A stretch of 57,149 nucleotides of DNA, the filler included, from Basidiobolus ranarum (taxonomy: Eukaryota): NCBI GenBank assembly GCA_040143965.1. It is 6 parts of 6 records of this genome, joined end to end, with 100 filler letters (N's around TTAATTAATTAA, not from the genome) between each part and the next. Parts side by side here need not be neighbours in the genome. Positions count along the whole stretch, not along the records: positions 38,216 to 47,633 come from JASJQH010000827.1; positions 47,734 to 57,149 come from JASJQH010000828.1; 4 more parts are not named here. One strand, given 5' to 3'. Every line of letters starts with the position of its first letter. Within the stretch, counting starts at the first letter, position 1. Both the position numbers and the translations under genes were made by a program. Positions 38,536 through 50,770 of the stretch are shown piece by piece. The notes beneath the pieces were generated by a model that was not told the DNA's origin, searched no databases, and saw nothing but the letters and a program-made list of their open reading frames with translations.

Positions 38536-41500
38536 TTTTTGTTGAATTTGTGCTGCTCTTTTACTATAGATAGTGGGTGTGTCAAGAGGCAGGGTTAGGA
38601 TACTATATTAACTGCAAATGAGATGATGAAAGGTATTCAAGCACCAGGACGAGTTTGAATGAACCAGAGGAACGAGTGGCCTTTTATATATTTCATTTGA
38701 GATTCCTGTAAACTGGTCGACTCCGGCGAATTTGTTAAGAAACCAAATTTGGCGAATCTAAAATGAAATCCCAATATGGAATATCCTCCTTCCTGCCCTT
38801 GAAAACCCTATGTTTTGGTGTCAACCGGCTCCAGTGGCAATATATATATATGTGTATGTTTATGTAATATCGGCAACTGCGAGCTAGAAATCAGTGGCCT
38901 ATAAAATCGTATTTACACTGTACCACATTTATCTTATTTACCTCATTCCATAACACGCTATCACTCGATATTTTATTAGTGTACGTACAAGAATTTGATA
39001 ATTTACTTGAATTGACCAGGAATTCGCCAACATCACACATGTTTTACAGTTTAACTTTCCAACAGGTACTTTTCCAGCGGCCATTCATTGCTGTTGCTGA
39101 CGAAGTGAGATCGACAAATTAAATTATCTTGCAACATCGTTGAACTCCGTAATGGTGAACCAACACTCCCTCTCGGTGATTACGGATGGAAAACCCGCCA
39201 TTACTTCCATCTTCCTCTCATTCGCACTCGAAAGACCGACCGATACAAAGTGTCTAGAAGCAAATAAGGAATGAGATTTTCAGTTCATCATCTCTTGAAT
39301 GGCCACTGACTAAGTTTTACAATGATGGATCTCAGCCTTAGAAGAGTTTGGCCCGGTATCATAATGATCATGATAAGAACCAAAACAAGATTTCGATCAT
39401 ATCTGACCATTAGCCATCAATTCCCATACCGATGGCATAGTATTTGGATGTAGGTGGAGATACTCATGGTTATCGATGGGATCCTTGACTAATAGCTCAT
39501 CATGAAATCAAGAAACCCTTCCCATTCTTTTCTGTTACTAAGACGGAGTTTGCTTAAATCCCTCGCATTCAGGGGTTAATGTGTTCCCAGAACTAGAAGG
39601 CTCTAGGATCTTTTGGATGGAGTTTTTTAAATGTTGGGGAAGACGCACCACTCATGAACTGATCGATCCGTAATTGGACCCACCAATGAAATTGGAGACG
39701 CTTGGATACTAAGAGAAGCGGGAAAGACAAGCCCCAAGTGACTTGATAGGAAAACAGAGTAAACCATCCGCTACTTGAAGGTTCATCTCCATTCGTAAGC
39801 GATTTGGCTTAACTCTCAAATTGAAGCAACTCCTCATGCACATATGAGCCTTGATTCCAAATTGATAGAATCATGATCAGTTGCCCCTCGCTTGAATAAG
39901 AAAACATCTTTTTAAGGAGGTAGCACAGGATCACTGCAGCCCTCCAAATACATCACACCAATTAAATGATTTCAGTTGTTTTCCAAGCTTGATTAAGCAT
40001 TGAGTATTCTCTATCAATGATGTTGAACAAAAGTGCTTTCAAGATACTATCAGGTAGAGCATGCAATTTATACAGTCCGATATAGTAAGGCATACTTAGA
40101 TTCCAGAAAGATTTTCACACATTTATCCACCCTGCAATACGGTAAACCTGAAAAGGATATATATTCTGCAAGGAAGACGCAAGCTCCTTGATATAAAGGG
40201 CATTATCTCTCCAGAAAGGGGAGGTTAGGACATGCGATGAAACATCGATGAAACACAACATACACATAGTATCGCACTCATTGACAGGGACCATACTTCT
40301 TATTTCAAAGGTACCAATGTCATGACCCTATCCAGAAGCCTTCGATGTGGCGTCCACCGAAATTCGCTATGGGTTCATTCAGAAATATATGATGGATTCC
40401 ATAGAGCCATTCACTGTGAATTGATCGCTTTTAGTGACAATGTGCAGTACTGTACGACCATCTCTCGGGAATTGCACCACGGCGTATCGCTACTGAGATG
40501 GCTTTCCTCTGCCATGAGGTAAGAGGCACCTAGGTCCTTCTAGGAAGTCTTAAAGCTAGGAAAAGCTCCTCTGGTTCTGATTGAACCACCTCATCACTGC
40601 TGGTTACAAGGATTTCCCTATAAAGGGATTTACGAAGATTCTCAGAATAGGATTAAATGGAATAGTTTGGATCGATCTTGTTATCCCTTGGAGTTATGGA
40701 AAGCCAAGATGGTACAATTTGCACAAGCTACAAATACTATCAAATGCCTAGATGGTAGACTTCGCACAAGAGATCATATTTACCGGCCATGTCCACGTAG
40801 CGAATCTATTATTCTGATCCACAAGTGATCCAATTGAATCTATCATTTGACCCAGCTGAGAGTGAAGACCGGATTCACGTCGAAACACATATTGGAAGTA
40901 TGGTTATTATAGAGATCTGGTTCTGGCTGATGCTCAAAGGTGACTGGCTTTTCCCAGTACAAGATTATGGCTGAATTGGGAGCAATATTTCATAGTTTCT
41001 TTCATGCAGAATTTCTTTTACACGGTCGCCATAGAAGCGTGAACCAACAGAGTTGTCGCAAAATACCAATTTATAATAGTCGACCTACAGTTTACTAAAA
41101 GTTGGAATGATTTGAGACCAGTAGCAAGAGTGTTTGGCCATTTCATGTCTGCCTCTCACCATAGCACTGTTCGATATATCTAATTTCGATACAATCCTGG
41201 GGATTAGTTCCCCAATATAAAAAAATGAGGGGCAAGTGATTTACACAAGATGGATTTGTGCACCTTCGTCCTCAGAATTTTCGCCGACATACATCTCATT
41301 AGTCCACGCAGGGGAAACCGAATCGAATCGAATCAAATCATCAGAGATAATCAACCTTAACATTGTTGAATATATCCAGTCCTTCCCATTACGTGTATTA
41401 AGAATCACATTACTCTCCATCCTTCCACAAAACTGGACAAGCTTCAGAGATTAGGTTTGTATGTCCATAAATAGAATCGTCACCTTTTGAAACCATATGC

Positions 41501-44324
41501 ATACTCAATGGGTAATACTGCATACCACTATACTGGTTCACAATCGCTAGCGTTCGTGATCTACCACGAGTAGGGTGTATACTGGTGAAAATATTCTCAT
41601 GAGCATACCGTGGAGGGTCACAGAATTGGTGTGCATGTTGCTCATCAGAAGCTGAAGAGAAGAAAAAGTGCGATGATACAGCATCACTTCCGAGCTATCT
41701 TCCCATCTAACGATTAGTTCCCAACCCTAGAATATTACCCCAAGCCTTAGCATACACTGGATATCAAACCAGATTTAGTCCGGATCCAGAAATATCTATC
41801 TAGATAGCACTATTATGCCTCTAATAAAGATCTAACACGAATACGTTACCAGATTTCGAATCGAGATCTAGCTCTCTACACATTCACAATAACACGAAAC
41901 AATATTAATCTGCTATTGCGTATTCATGATCGGAGATGATTTATTAGTTAATCCGCTATGCAGTGGATATCAAATTAGTAGACCATGCGGTAGACTAGTG
42001 AAAAAGTGATCGAGCATGGTGCATTTATCCGCTGATTTTTAGGGTACTTGAGCATTTTTCCATAAACAGAGTTTCATCAAGCTCCATTTCAAGTGCTTAT
42101 TCTAAACCACATAAAATCGATCACCCATAAATTCCATATCTAGCCGAATTTACGCATAAATGGAAGAGCAGAATTCGTCAATGAGTCTCTGGCATAGCTT
42201 AGGTAACAAGTTTGAAGTATGTTCGTCAAAGTAACCAAAAACACACCCACAATCAGTAGTAAGGGCTTCTCGTCGTCACAAGATATCTATACCAGTCTTC
42301 GGTAGATAGGAAGACAAGGAAGGAATTGATTTCTCGAAGCTTCATCCAATACCATCAGCTCTACGGCATTCCTGATAATCTAGTTTTACATATTCCAAAT
42401 ACTGATAATGTTAGCTGTGTCATTGATTTAAGTTACTGCATGTGCTCTTGAGTCGTTGACCGATCATCCAGAGAAGGCCGAAAAAGACTATAGAGTCTTC
42501 CCAAGTGGGATGTTTACTTGATCATTTAGTCACTTTGACTCGGTTCCGACATCAAAGTTCCAAGTTTATTCTAGAAAATAATGGTTAACAAACGAAATCT
42601 GTCATACGTGGACGCTTTGTTTCGACTTGTTTAAATTGGTAGCAATGCTTCGGTTACTCCAAACCTGGCCTCTAAATAATCTTAAAGATAATGACTTGGT
42701 AGTCAAGGTATCTCAATTCTACAGTTTGACAGTTGTAATCTTATTGAATAATCCGGTTGCAACGTACAGTTATCTTCCCAGCAATCTCTACCGAATCAGT
42801 CGGGTTGATTCTATTTGTAATCTTTAAAACTTATACCTCCTTTTCTCACTTGCACAGGGCTGAATTGTAACCCAAGATAATTACAATGATCTCGGGATCC
42901 TTCAAGTCGTCATATCGAGGGATCTGAGATCATCCTCTGGGTCCACGTGCAATAAAACTACGTATTCTCGTGGACCGAATTTGTCTACATGACCATTGCT
43001 AAAGATCAACTACAAGCACAAGCGGCTGCGTCTAAATCAAGATGTTCGCCTATGCTCAAACCAACCAAGGATTTTCATTTGCCAACGCCATCAGAGCAAA
43101 AATAATTACTCCCGTTTTGTATCTAGTATCAAGCTACAGACAAAGTAACACTATTAAAGAGAGCATTCGCCAATGATATATTGCGCTAGTGATGACATGA
43201 AGCAATAAGCACTCTAGCTAAACGAAGGTTACCCAATTGAGATCGTAGGGGGGATACACAAGACCGCTGGCCATTGGTGATAAAGGCCTCAAACAACATA
43301 ACGCAATCGCCACTAAACCGCTAAGAGGCGTGTGCACCCGAATGATCACCCTACCGCTATCCATGCATAAGCTGAGCTCTTTAGTCGGCACCAAAAGTGT
43401 ATCTAGAATATCCTCAAAAGGTGATTATCTTCTGTAAGAAGAAATTCCAATTTCACTACTAGATATATGTAGTATTTACTCTTACGTGGATGAAACTACA
43501 TGATTACTTTGATTTGGATATATATGTGACCATCTCTTGGTTTTATTTGCTAGACTCTAGAAACCAACAAATTTTTAATATGGGTCAGGAGTGACGCAAA
43601 ATTTCAGCGCCTTAGATCGCATGGTCTATAGCCATTGCAATTCAGGATGTAATGAAGAATCCATCACGAACATCAAATGTGCACAGGTTTGATATATCCC
43701 CAAATCATAAAACACCTCGGTTACTCAATATATCTGCCCAGAAGCAGGGATGTTAGTTATAATGTGTGACTTGGGTTAGTGTTCCCCCTTATTGTCTTCT
43801 TCTTGGAGCGAATAACAATTATCTTACTCACCATATTGCCAAAAAAGTGGTTGTTTCATATGAGTATCAGGGCAGAATATCACCACTATTATGCTTGTAA
43901 ATGATGGGCTATGCACTTGAAATCTTGGGCACACTTCAATCCAATAGTGCATCGTTAAGGGAAGACGCTCCGCATCACTTTTTACAAAGAAAGTAATGGA
44001 GCTTGGTTTACTAATTCATGGATTACATCATGTCTTGCATTGCGCTAAATCAATCGTAAGTTGCTTGAAGAAAATCCCCATGAGTTTAGTTAAATGTTCT
44101 TAATGCGCATGTGGATCCAAGCTTCAATTTGGAACAATGTATGAGTAATGTTATCAGCATATCAAACATGTTCACCATCACCATGTCGATTTTAATGTAT
44201 ACTATTTACGCTGAAGGAGTGATTGTAACCGCACAGTTTCAAATAAACGTAACACCCGGTAGAGTGGCAGAAGACCAATGCTAATTAAAGAACACATAGC
44301 CGTGAAGTATACCGGAGTTACATG

Positions 44325-44545
44325 GAGTCTATTCCATGATAATCTTCATTGGTTGCGCCTTACGATAGTGACAACCATGCCAAAATACGTTGTCTTGATT
44401 GATAGATACATGACTTCACATTATTACTCGCCTCATTAACTCTTGCACCATTGTGTTGGGTATACCAAATATATAACAGATTCAACCATAGAATTCTTGT
44501 ATAACAGATGATGCAGTTTGTATGACATCCAGATAGTTGATGCAA
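44325..44545 (-). mobile_element. Degraded Tc1/mariner transposase relic (C-terminal catalytic region)
   Basis: Fragments NYLDVIQTA..VIQEFYG..IF and RILAWLSLS*..(N)PMKII..NRL resemble Tc1 YIDIL....EFY...IFQQDNA and VL.WPSQSPDLNPIENLW. By-eye match only. Confidence 0.35.
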
Positions 44546-45065
44546 CTATCTTAGCACGATGAGGAGTGAAAATCCTGCTCTTGGCCTTAAACTTAGCTCT
44601 AGGATTAAGGGCAGCGTATATAGCGTTATAGTGAGTAGCAATAGCTCGAGTGGAATAAATCTAGTTTCCAATAAGCACAAAGTTATTATGTGTCTAGTAC
44701 GTATCATGCAAATTCTCGGGTCTTCTACATCTTGCAAGTTAGTAGTTGTATACTCGACTTGTTTAATCTTGTGATTACAAGTGTTATTTAATTATATAGC
44801 TTCTTCTTTTGCCCTTCAAGGAGGGTCCATTCGAGTCAACTTCGATTCAACAAACAATTTTATATCAGTGCTATTTCATTTTATTCAATTGTGTTAAAAA
44901 TAAACTTGAATTGAGGTACCTTCCCTGCATGTACCTATCCCAGGAATCTTTGGGGTATTTCTCCCTGTCTTACTCATAGCCAAACCTTTGGGGGGAGTAG
45001 TAGGGCTCCAAATGTTAATATATCAGGTCGCCTAGAGGGAGTCCTGCAACCTCAAATGGATGGAT

Positions 45066-45380
45066 AGTATTTCCCTACTCAGTTCATCCATTGAGAATGT
45101 AAAAGATCTTCAATTGGAACAAAACTTTCATGCGGTACAATACGTACTCAATCATGATCCTTTAACCCTTGTGATGGCACAACATCAGTTTGTGCGCTAT
45201 ATTTCTGATCTCAAAACCCATATGGTGAGTACATTTGTCAAAGGCATTCGCTATCATATGAATGGAGTAAAATTGGATTCCATCATTTGAAGCCTCAAAG
45301 ATCATTACCATATATGAAAAGGGTTCTTCAGTAGAATTCCTGTATTAGTCGACTTGGCTTCAAGCATTCTAAAGCTGATT
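45066..45380 (+). mobile_element. Possible Ty1/Copia reverse transcriptase relic
   Basis: LLSSSIENVKDL..NF....LTLVMAQHQFVRYISDL..HMNGVKL..DLASSILKL loosely parallels Copia RVT_2 LS.KFEMKDLG..FLG..L.LSQ..YI.DLL..PM..G.KL..PDIA.AV..L. Confidence 0.3.
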
Positions 45381-46310
45381 ACATGAGACACAATATAGAT
45401 TGAATTGTATTGGAGCTATTCAGATAATTCCCATACGATTCTGTGTGGTCCCAAATAGCGAACAAGTGCAACATATTTAACTTGAGCTATAAATAAAATC
45501 AAAGATCAATATGTGCACCTTTCGCCTACAATTCTGTAGAAGGAACTGATTTTTAATCGAATGGCACATGATTCTCCTCTAGCAAATGATCTGAGAGTAA
45601 AAAGCGATCTCTTTTCCATGCTTGACCTGTCTTTCATACATCGAGAGACTGAGCGAGAGTTTATCGCTTCCGATCGGTGATTGATGTCTCTAGCGCCTTC
45701 GCAAATGGAGTATGCCTGTGTTGTTCCTAACCTCGCAACATTACTACTGTAGACTTGTACTTATAGTAGGCACTTGCTTGTGCATCCTTGTAGCTATGTG
45801 TTTATTGCAATCCTTGTGATCTTTTTAAGGCCATCAGCATAGGCCTGTTACCTACATACTTAGACCTACGTTGTATTATCAACGATATCGATTGATCGCT
45901 TTGGTTCATCTGTGAATCGTAGTATGCAAGATGACATATTCAAGTCGTTGATGATCTAATCAAAAATCTATTCCCTCAAACTTCCACTTACATTAAATAC
46001 CAGAGGTGATCTGGTTCCTATACTTGACCAACCATTAACCACATTGATAATGTGAGCTAAGTTTAACACTATTGGCTAACTAAATCATCAATATTCGCAA
46101 TCAAATGGCTCGCGATTAACTCCATGGCAGAGATACTCCAATCTGTGCCATACTAATTGGTTGATTGATTGGACAGAGGAGTATTGTATGCTGTACATGG
46201 AGAATAATCGCTAAATCGATAGAATTCTTTGAATTTTGAATACACGCTTGAATTTACGTGTTGTAACCGGAGTAGACCGTTTCGTTAAGTATACTCCTGA
46301 GATACAGGAA

Positions 46311-47205
46311 ATGGTTACAAGTAGTCGCTCATATAATGGTACTGGCAGATCCAAAAGAAGGGCCACTTGGGCTATACAAGATCTTCCAACTCAGGAAAGT
46401 ACTCTTACTTTGACTAAAAAGCCGAAGAGACGCACTAGAAACAGAAGTAAGAAAAAAAAGACCACAAAAGAAGGACCAGAGGTTTCAACTGGCTTCAAAC
46501 AAACAGTTTATCGTCAAAATGAAGAAGTTCCAGCAGCAGCAGTGTCTGTTTGTAGTACCTTTGAACATAGCTATCCAGTTCTACCTAAAAACTTGATGAT
46601 TCTCGATCTGAATGGCACTCTGTTGTAAGTACAAATCTATAGCTTACTATAGTTCTCCTTTTTCTAACTGTTTACCTATACTTGATTGTAGAGTTCGAAA
46701 CAAGAAGAGTAAAGCTATTTATATGAGACCACACGTACCAGAATTTGTCGAATTCATTCTGAAGAATTTCGCAGTGATAGTTTGGAGTTCTGCAATGCCT
46801 GACAACGTCTATCGAATGATACTTAAGGTTTTCAAACAACGCCAGTCTTTGCTCTTAGATGTATGGGATAGATCACATCTTCGTCTGAATCAGAAGGATT
46901 ATTTCCGCAAGGTTGATGTGATCAAAGATCTATCTTGGATATGGGAAAAGCATACATATTGGGATAGCACTAATACAGTGCTAATTGATGATACCGAACA
47001 TAAAGGTCAACTTCAACCGAATAATCATATCTGTTTAAGAGAGTTTATGAAAGGAGACATAAACGACAAAGAACTACTTCATGTCCAAGATTATTTACAA
47101 GGCTTTTTGAAAGGGGAGACGAAGGATATACGTAGCTATATCCAAGACAATAGATATGTGCCCTCAAAACTAGATTTCTCCGGCTCTGATCATTCGGATG
47201 AGTAA
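46311..47205 (+). CDS. FCP1/NIF-homology HAD-superfamily protein, 2 exons (46311-46624, 46692-47205)
   Basis: Spliced LMILDLNGTLL|VRNK..RPHVPEFVEF, VIVWSSAMPDNV, VWDRSH, KDLSWIW and NTVLIDDTEHKGQLQPNNHI. Basic N-terminus KKPKRRTRNRSKKKK. Confidence 0.88.
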
Positions 47206-47633
47206 TGGTATTTTGTTCTACTTCTTCTGTTCATGTTCTTACATTATTATTGATTTTGGGGATTTTTTAGTCTTGTTTCGAAGATAAGCTCGTAAATTAT
47301 TTGAATGTATATTGAAGTTTACAGGAGATACAAGCTGAAATTAAAATTAGACAATCATAGAAAAGCATTCAGACGAATGCCAACAGTAAAACTAGACGTT
47401 TTAGTTTTTTTTTGTGGACATGACGGGGATGATTTCTAAACGATCAACGTATTTTTTAAAATCTTACCTGTACTATGGGTATCCTACAGCGATAACTGAG
47501 GAGGAAGAGAGTTTGATTCTTTTTGATTCTTGCTTTTTCTTTTACCTGGGGCGTCTTGCTTTTGGGGCATAAATCGGGATGGGTACCTTTTTCTCTAAGC
47601 GAAGTTAAGATATGACGGATATTAAGTGCTGCA

Positions 47634-47733
47634 NNNNNNNNNNNNNNNNNNNNNNNNNNNNNNNNNNNNNNNNNNNNTTAATTAATTAANNNNNNNNNNN
47701 NNNNNNNNNNNNNNNNNNNNNNNNNNNNNNNNN
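47634..47733. other. Artificial contig linker
   Basis: N44-TTAATTAATTAA-N44. Confidence 0.99.
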
Positions 47734-49452
47734 ATTTCGCCCCATTAGGAGCTTGTTTACCCAGGTAGGCAGTATCCGTACTCCTGAAGACGTGGCCAAG
47801 ACACTTGGTAAGCTTCACGGCCTCTCTGTCTCGATTCATGGCGGAAGCCCTCTGTTCGGCATTACATTCCAGCCCGACAGCAAGAATTCCACTTGGATGT
47901 TGTCCTATATTGGACAAAACGGCCTTTCTCTTCCAAGTAAGGAGTACTACACTGAAGAGGGGCAATCCGATATCCGCCAAAAGTATCTTACACATATTGA
48001 GAAGATCTTCACTCTTTCTCAGGTCAAAAATGCCAGTGTTAAAGCGAAGATGGGGTTAGACTTTGAGACAGCTCTTGCTCAAAACTCATTATCCTCTGTT
48101 GAACAGCGTGATGTCTACCGAACTTACAACAAGCTCAATTTCAATCAATTTAAAAGCATCACTACTGCGTTTCCATGGTTGAGCTATTGCCAATCATTGG
48201 GATGGCCCACAGGACATTGCTTGGGAGATGGTGATGTTATTGTTGATAATCCGGATTTCCTGAAATTCTTCAACACTCTATTGAAGCAATTCCGTGCTGA
48301 AGACTGGCGAGCCTACTTCGAATGGCAAGTATTAGGTTCCAGTGCGATTTACCTTGACCAAGAGTTTCAATCTCAAGACTTTGAGTTCTTTGGGCGGACT
48401 CTCAGTGGTCAGAGCGAGCCATCCCCCGTAGCCAGTTTCTTTTGGACCAAATTGATTCTCAAATCCCTGGCACTCTGAGTCAGTTATTTGTCCAAGAAAA
48501 GTTCAAGTCCGAGGTCAAAGCACAAGCATTAGAGATGGTAGGGTTCATCCAGAATGCGCTGACTACTCGCCTTCAGACAATTGAGTGGATGAGCCCCCAA
48601 ACCCGTAAACGTGCTCTTGAGAAACTGAAGGGTCTCAATGTCAAGATTGGATATCCAGACCAGTGGAGTGACTACTCTGATATCAAAATTTCTCTCAAAC
48701 GCCCATTTCTCTCTAATGTGTTGGATGTTAACGCGGTTCACTTCAAAGAGTCATTAACCGCAGCCAATAGTCCAACTGATAAATCCCAGTGGTTCATGAC
48801 TGCTTATGAGGTGAATGCTTACTATAGCCCTAACTACAACGATATCATATTCCCTGCTGGCATTCTCCAGCCTCCTTTCTTCTATGCTTCGGATGAGAAT
48901 GATCCCAGAGGTAATGCCGCTGCCAACTTTGGTGGCATTGGTGCAGTTATTGGCCACGAAATCACTCATGGATTCGATGATCAGGGTCGTAATTACAACA
49001 CTCAAGGTGACCTCGAGGACTGGTGGACTCCTAATGATGTAACAGAGTTTAATAAGCGTGCCAAGACTGTGGTAGACCTTTATAGCACTTATGAAATGTA
49101 CGGATCCAAGGTTAACGGAAACCTAACTTTAGGTGAGAATATCGCCGATATTGGTGGAGTAAAGTTATCTTATCTCACCTTCCAAGAGGGGCAAAAGAAT
49201 AATCCAGGAGTTGTCAAGACTATTGATGGCCTGACTCCTGATCAACAATTCTTCACTGCGTATGCTTCAGTATGGAAGAATGTAGTTCGTAAAGAGGAGA
49301 CATTGTCAAGTCTTCGTTCCGATCCTCATTCACCAGGCATTTGGAGAGTTAACGGACCCTTATCTAACTTTCAGGAGGTTTATGATGCTTTTGGGGTTAA
49401 GGAAGGTGATAAGGTGTACCGTAGTGAAGCAGAACGAATCAATATCTGGTAA
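47734..49452 (+). CDS. M13 (neprilysin/PepO-like) zinc metallopeptidase, 5'-truncated, 1-bp frameshift in the C-run at 48423-48427
   Basis: QNGLSLPSKEYY, KIGYPD, VNAYY, IIFPAGILQPPFF, NFGGIGAVIGHEITHGFDDQG (HExxH), TLGENIADIGG, DPHSP..RVNG and terminal IW*. Confidence 0.95.
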
Positions 49453-50770
49453 ATCCTGTGAATACTAGAAAAGTTGATGGAACCATTTTTGTGAGGTACA
49501 ATGGAGAGATACCCGAAATGATTTATATCTTTAAGAGAAGTATTAAATGTGCTGATAATAAAGTGTAACTATATTTGTACCTGATATCTTAAAAAGTTCC
49601 TACAGAATTAAACTGAGATTAGTAAGATCCTTGTGTTGCTTTATAGGATCCATCGGCATGATTGAAACGAGTTGTTGGCATATTGAAGTATGATTTTTGA
49701 GAACCGGTAACTGGGATTTTAATAGGTTACTGACTTACAGTCTAATTATGAAAATCATACCTTATTCCTTACCAACTTATTGCCACCAGAAACGTACTTC
49801 TTCTCAGAGCTACTTTGTAGGATATTTGAACGTTGCTGCCAGGAGTGATAGGTTTGCTGCACGGAATCAAAGTCCAGTATTCTCAAGTTGAATGAAGTAA
49901 CCCTGATATATCTATAACTCAATCAGATGCCTATACCTATAAGTTAGACACTTAGTCCTGTGAGAAGCAGTTTTGTATTTGAATAAAATTTTGGACTAAT
50001 CTCTAGTAGAAATCAGGAGCATTACCAGAATCGTATTTGGAAATCTGAGCTTTCATACTGGTAAGTACAAATTGATCTAGCAGATGATAAATATATTCAA
50101 AGTATTGGGGAAAGCATGGAATTTACCATTAGATATTTGATAAAATGTTTATGAGTGACTATATTGAAATATTTTCACCACAAAAAGATCCGATTGTGGC
50201 TATTGAAAATGGGTAGGAAATCAACATTCTACATGTCAGTTTATGCATACTATCTGGGCATTGCAAAGTAATACTACATATTGAGTATCAAAGAGCATTT
50301 CATCAGGCACTGACTCTGTATGCAGTAAACCTATTAAAGTAGTTAATACGTATTAGATATAAGATAAGATGACTTAATTTGGGATTAAATGACACGCGAT
50401 CATCATATATGTTTTGGGACCAATCCGAGTGAATGTGCTCGGGATAATTACTGATACCAACTGGGTAGTTTTATCTCCGCAAAGCTAGAACCAGATTAAC
50501 CAATCAATTGCATCCAATGCCGATCAAACTTACCGCTAAATCTTTAATAAAAAATGAAATCGATGCTAATTGAAACCATCCACTCATCAACTAGATCGGC
50601 AACCAAAGAGTGGTTAGCTTGTAGCAAAAAGAAAATCAATGACGTCGGTAGAAGTGAATAATCTACCCGTCCAGGATGCGTGTGTGCTCAAAAGTTTCTT
50701 ATATAGCTCATGGAGTCATCGTATAACCTCAACATTTTCTCTTTAAAGCATTTCCCACTTGTCTACAAAC

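Noticed and set aside
47340-47633. Possible 3' exon(s) of a minus-strand gene at the end of contig 5
   Set aside because: Splice-like signals and short Lys-rich frames exist, but no frame could be chosen with evidence.
48415-48445. Programmed ribosomal frameshifting in the M13 peptidase or the permease
   Set aside because: No canonical slippery heptamer with a downstream structure is evident; a single-base assembly error is more parsimonious.
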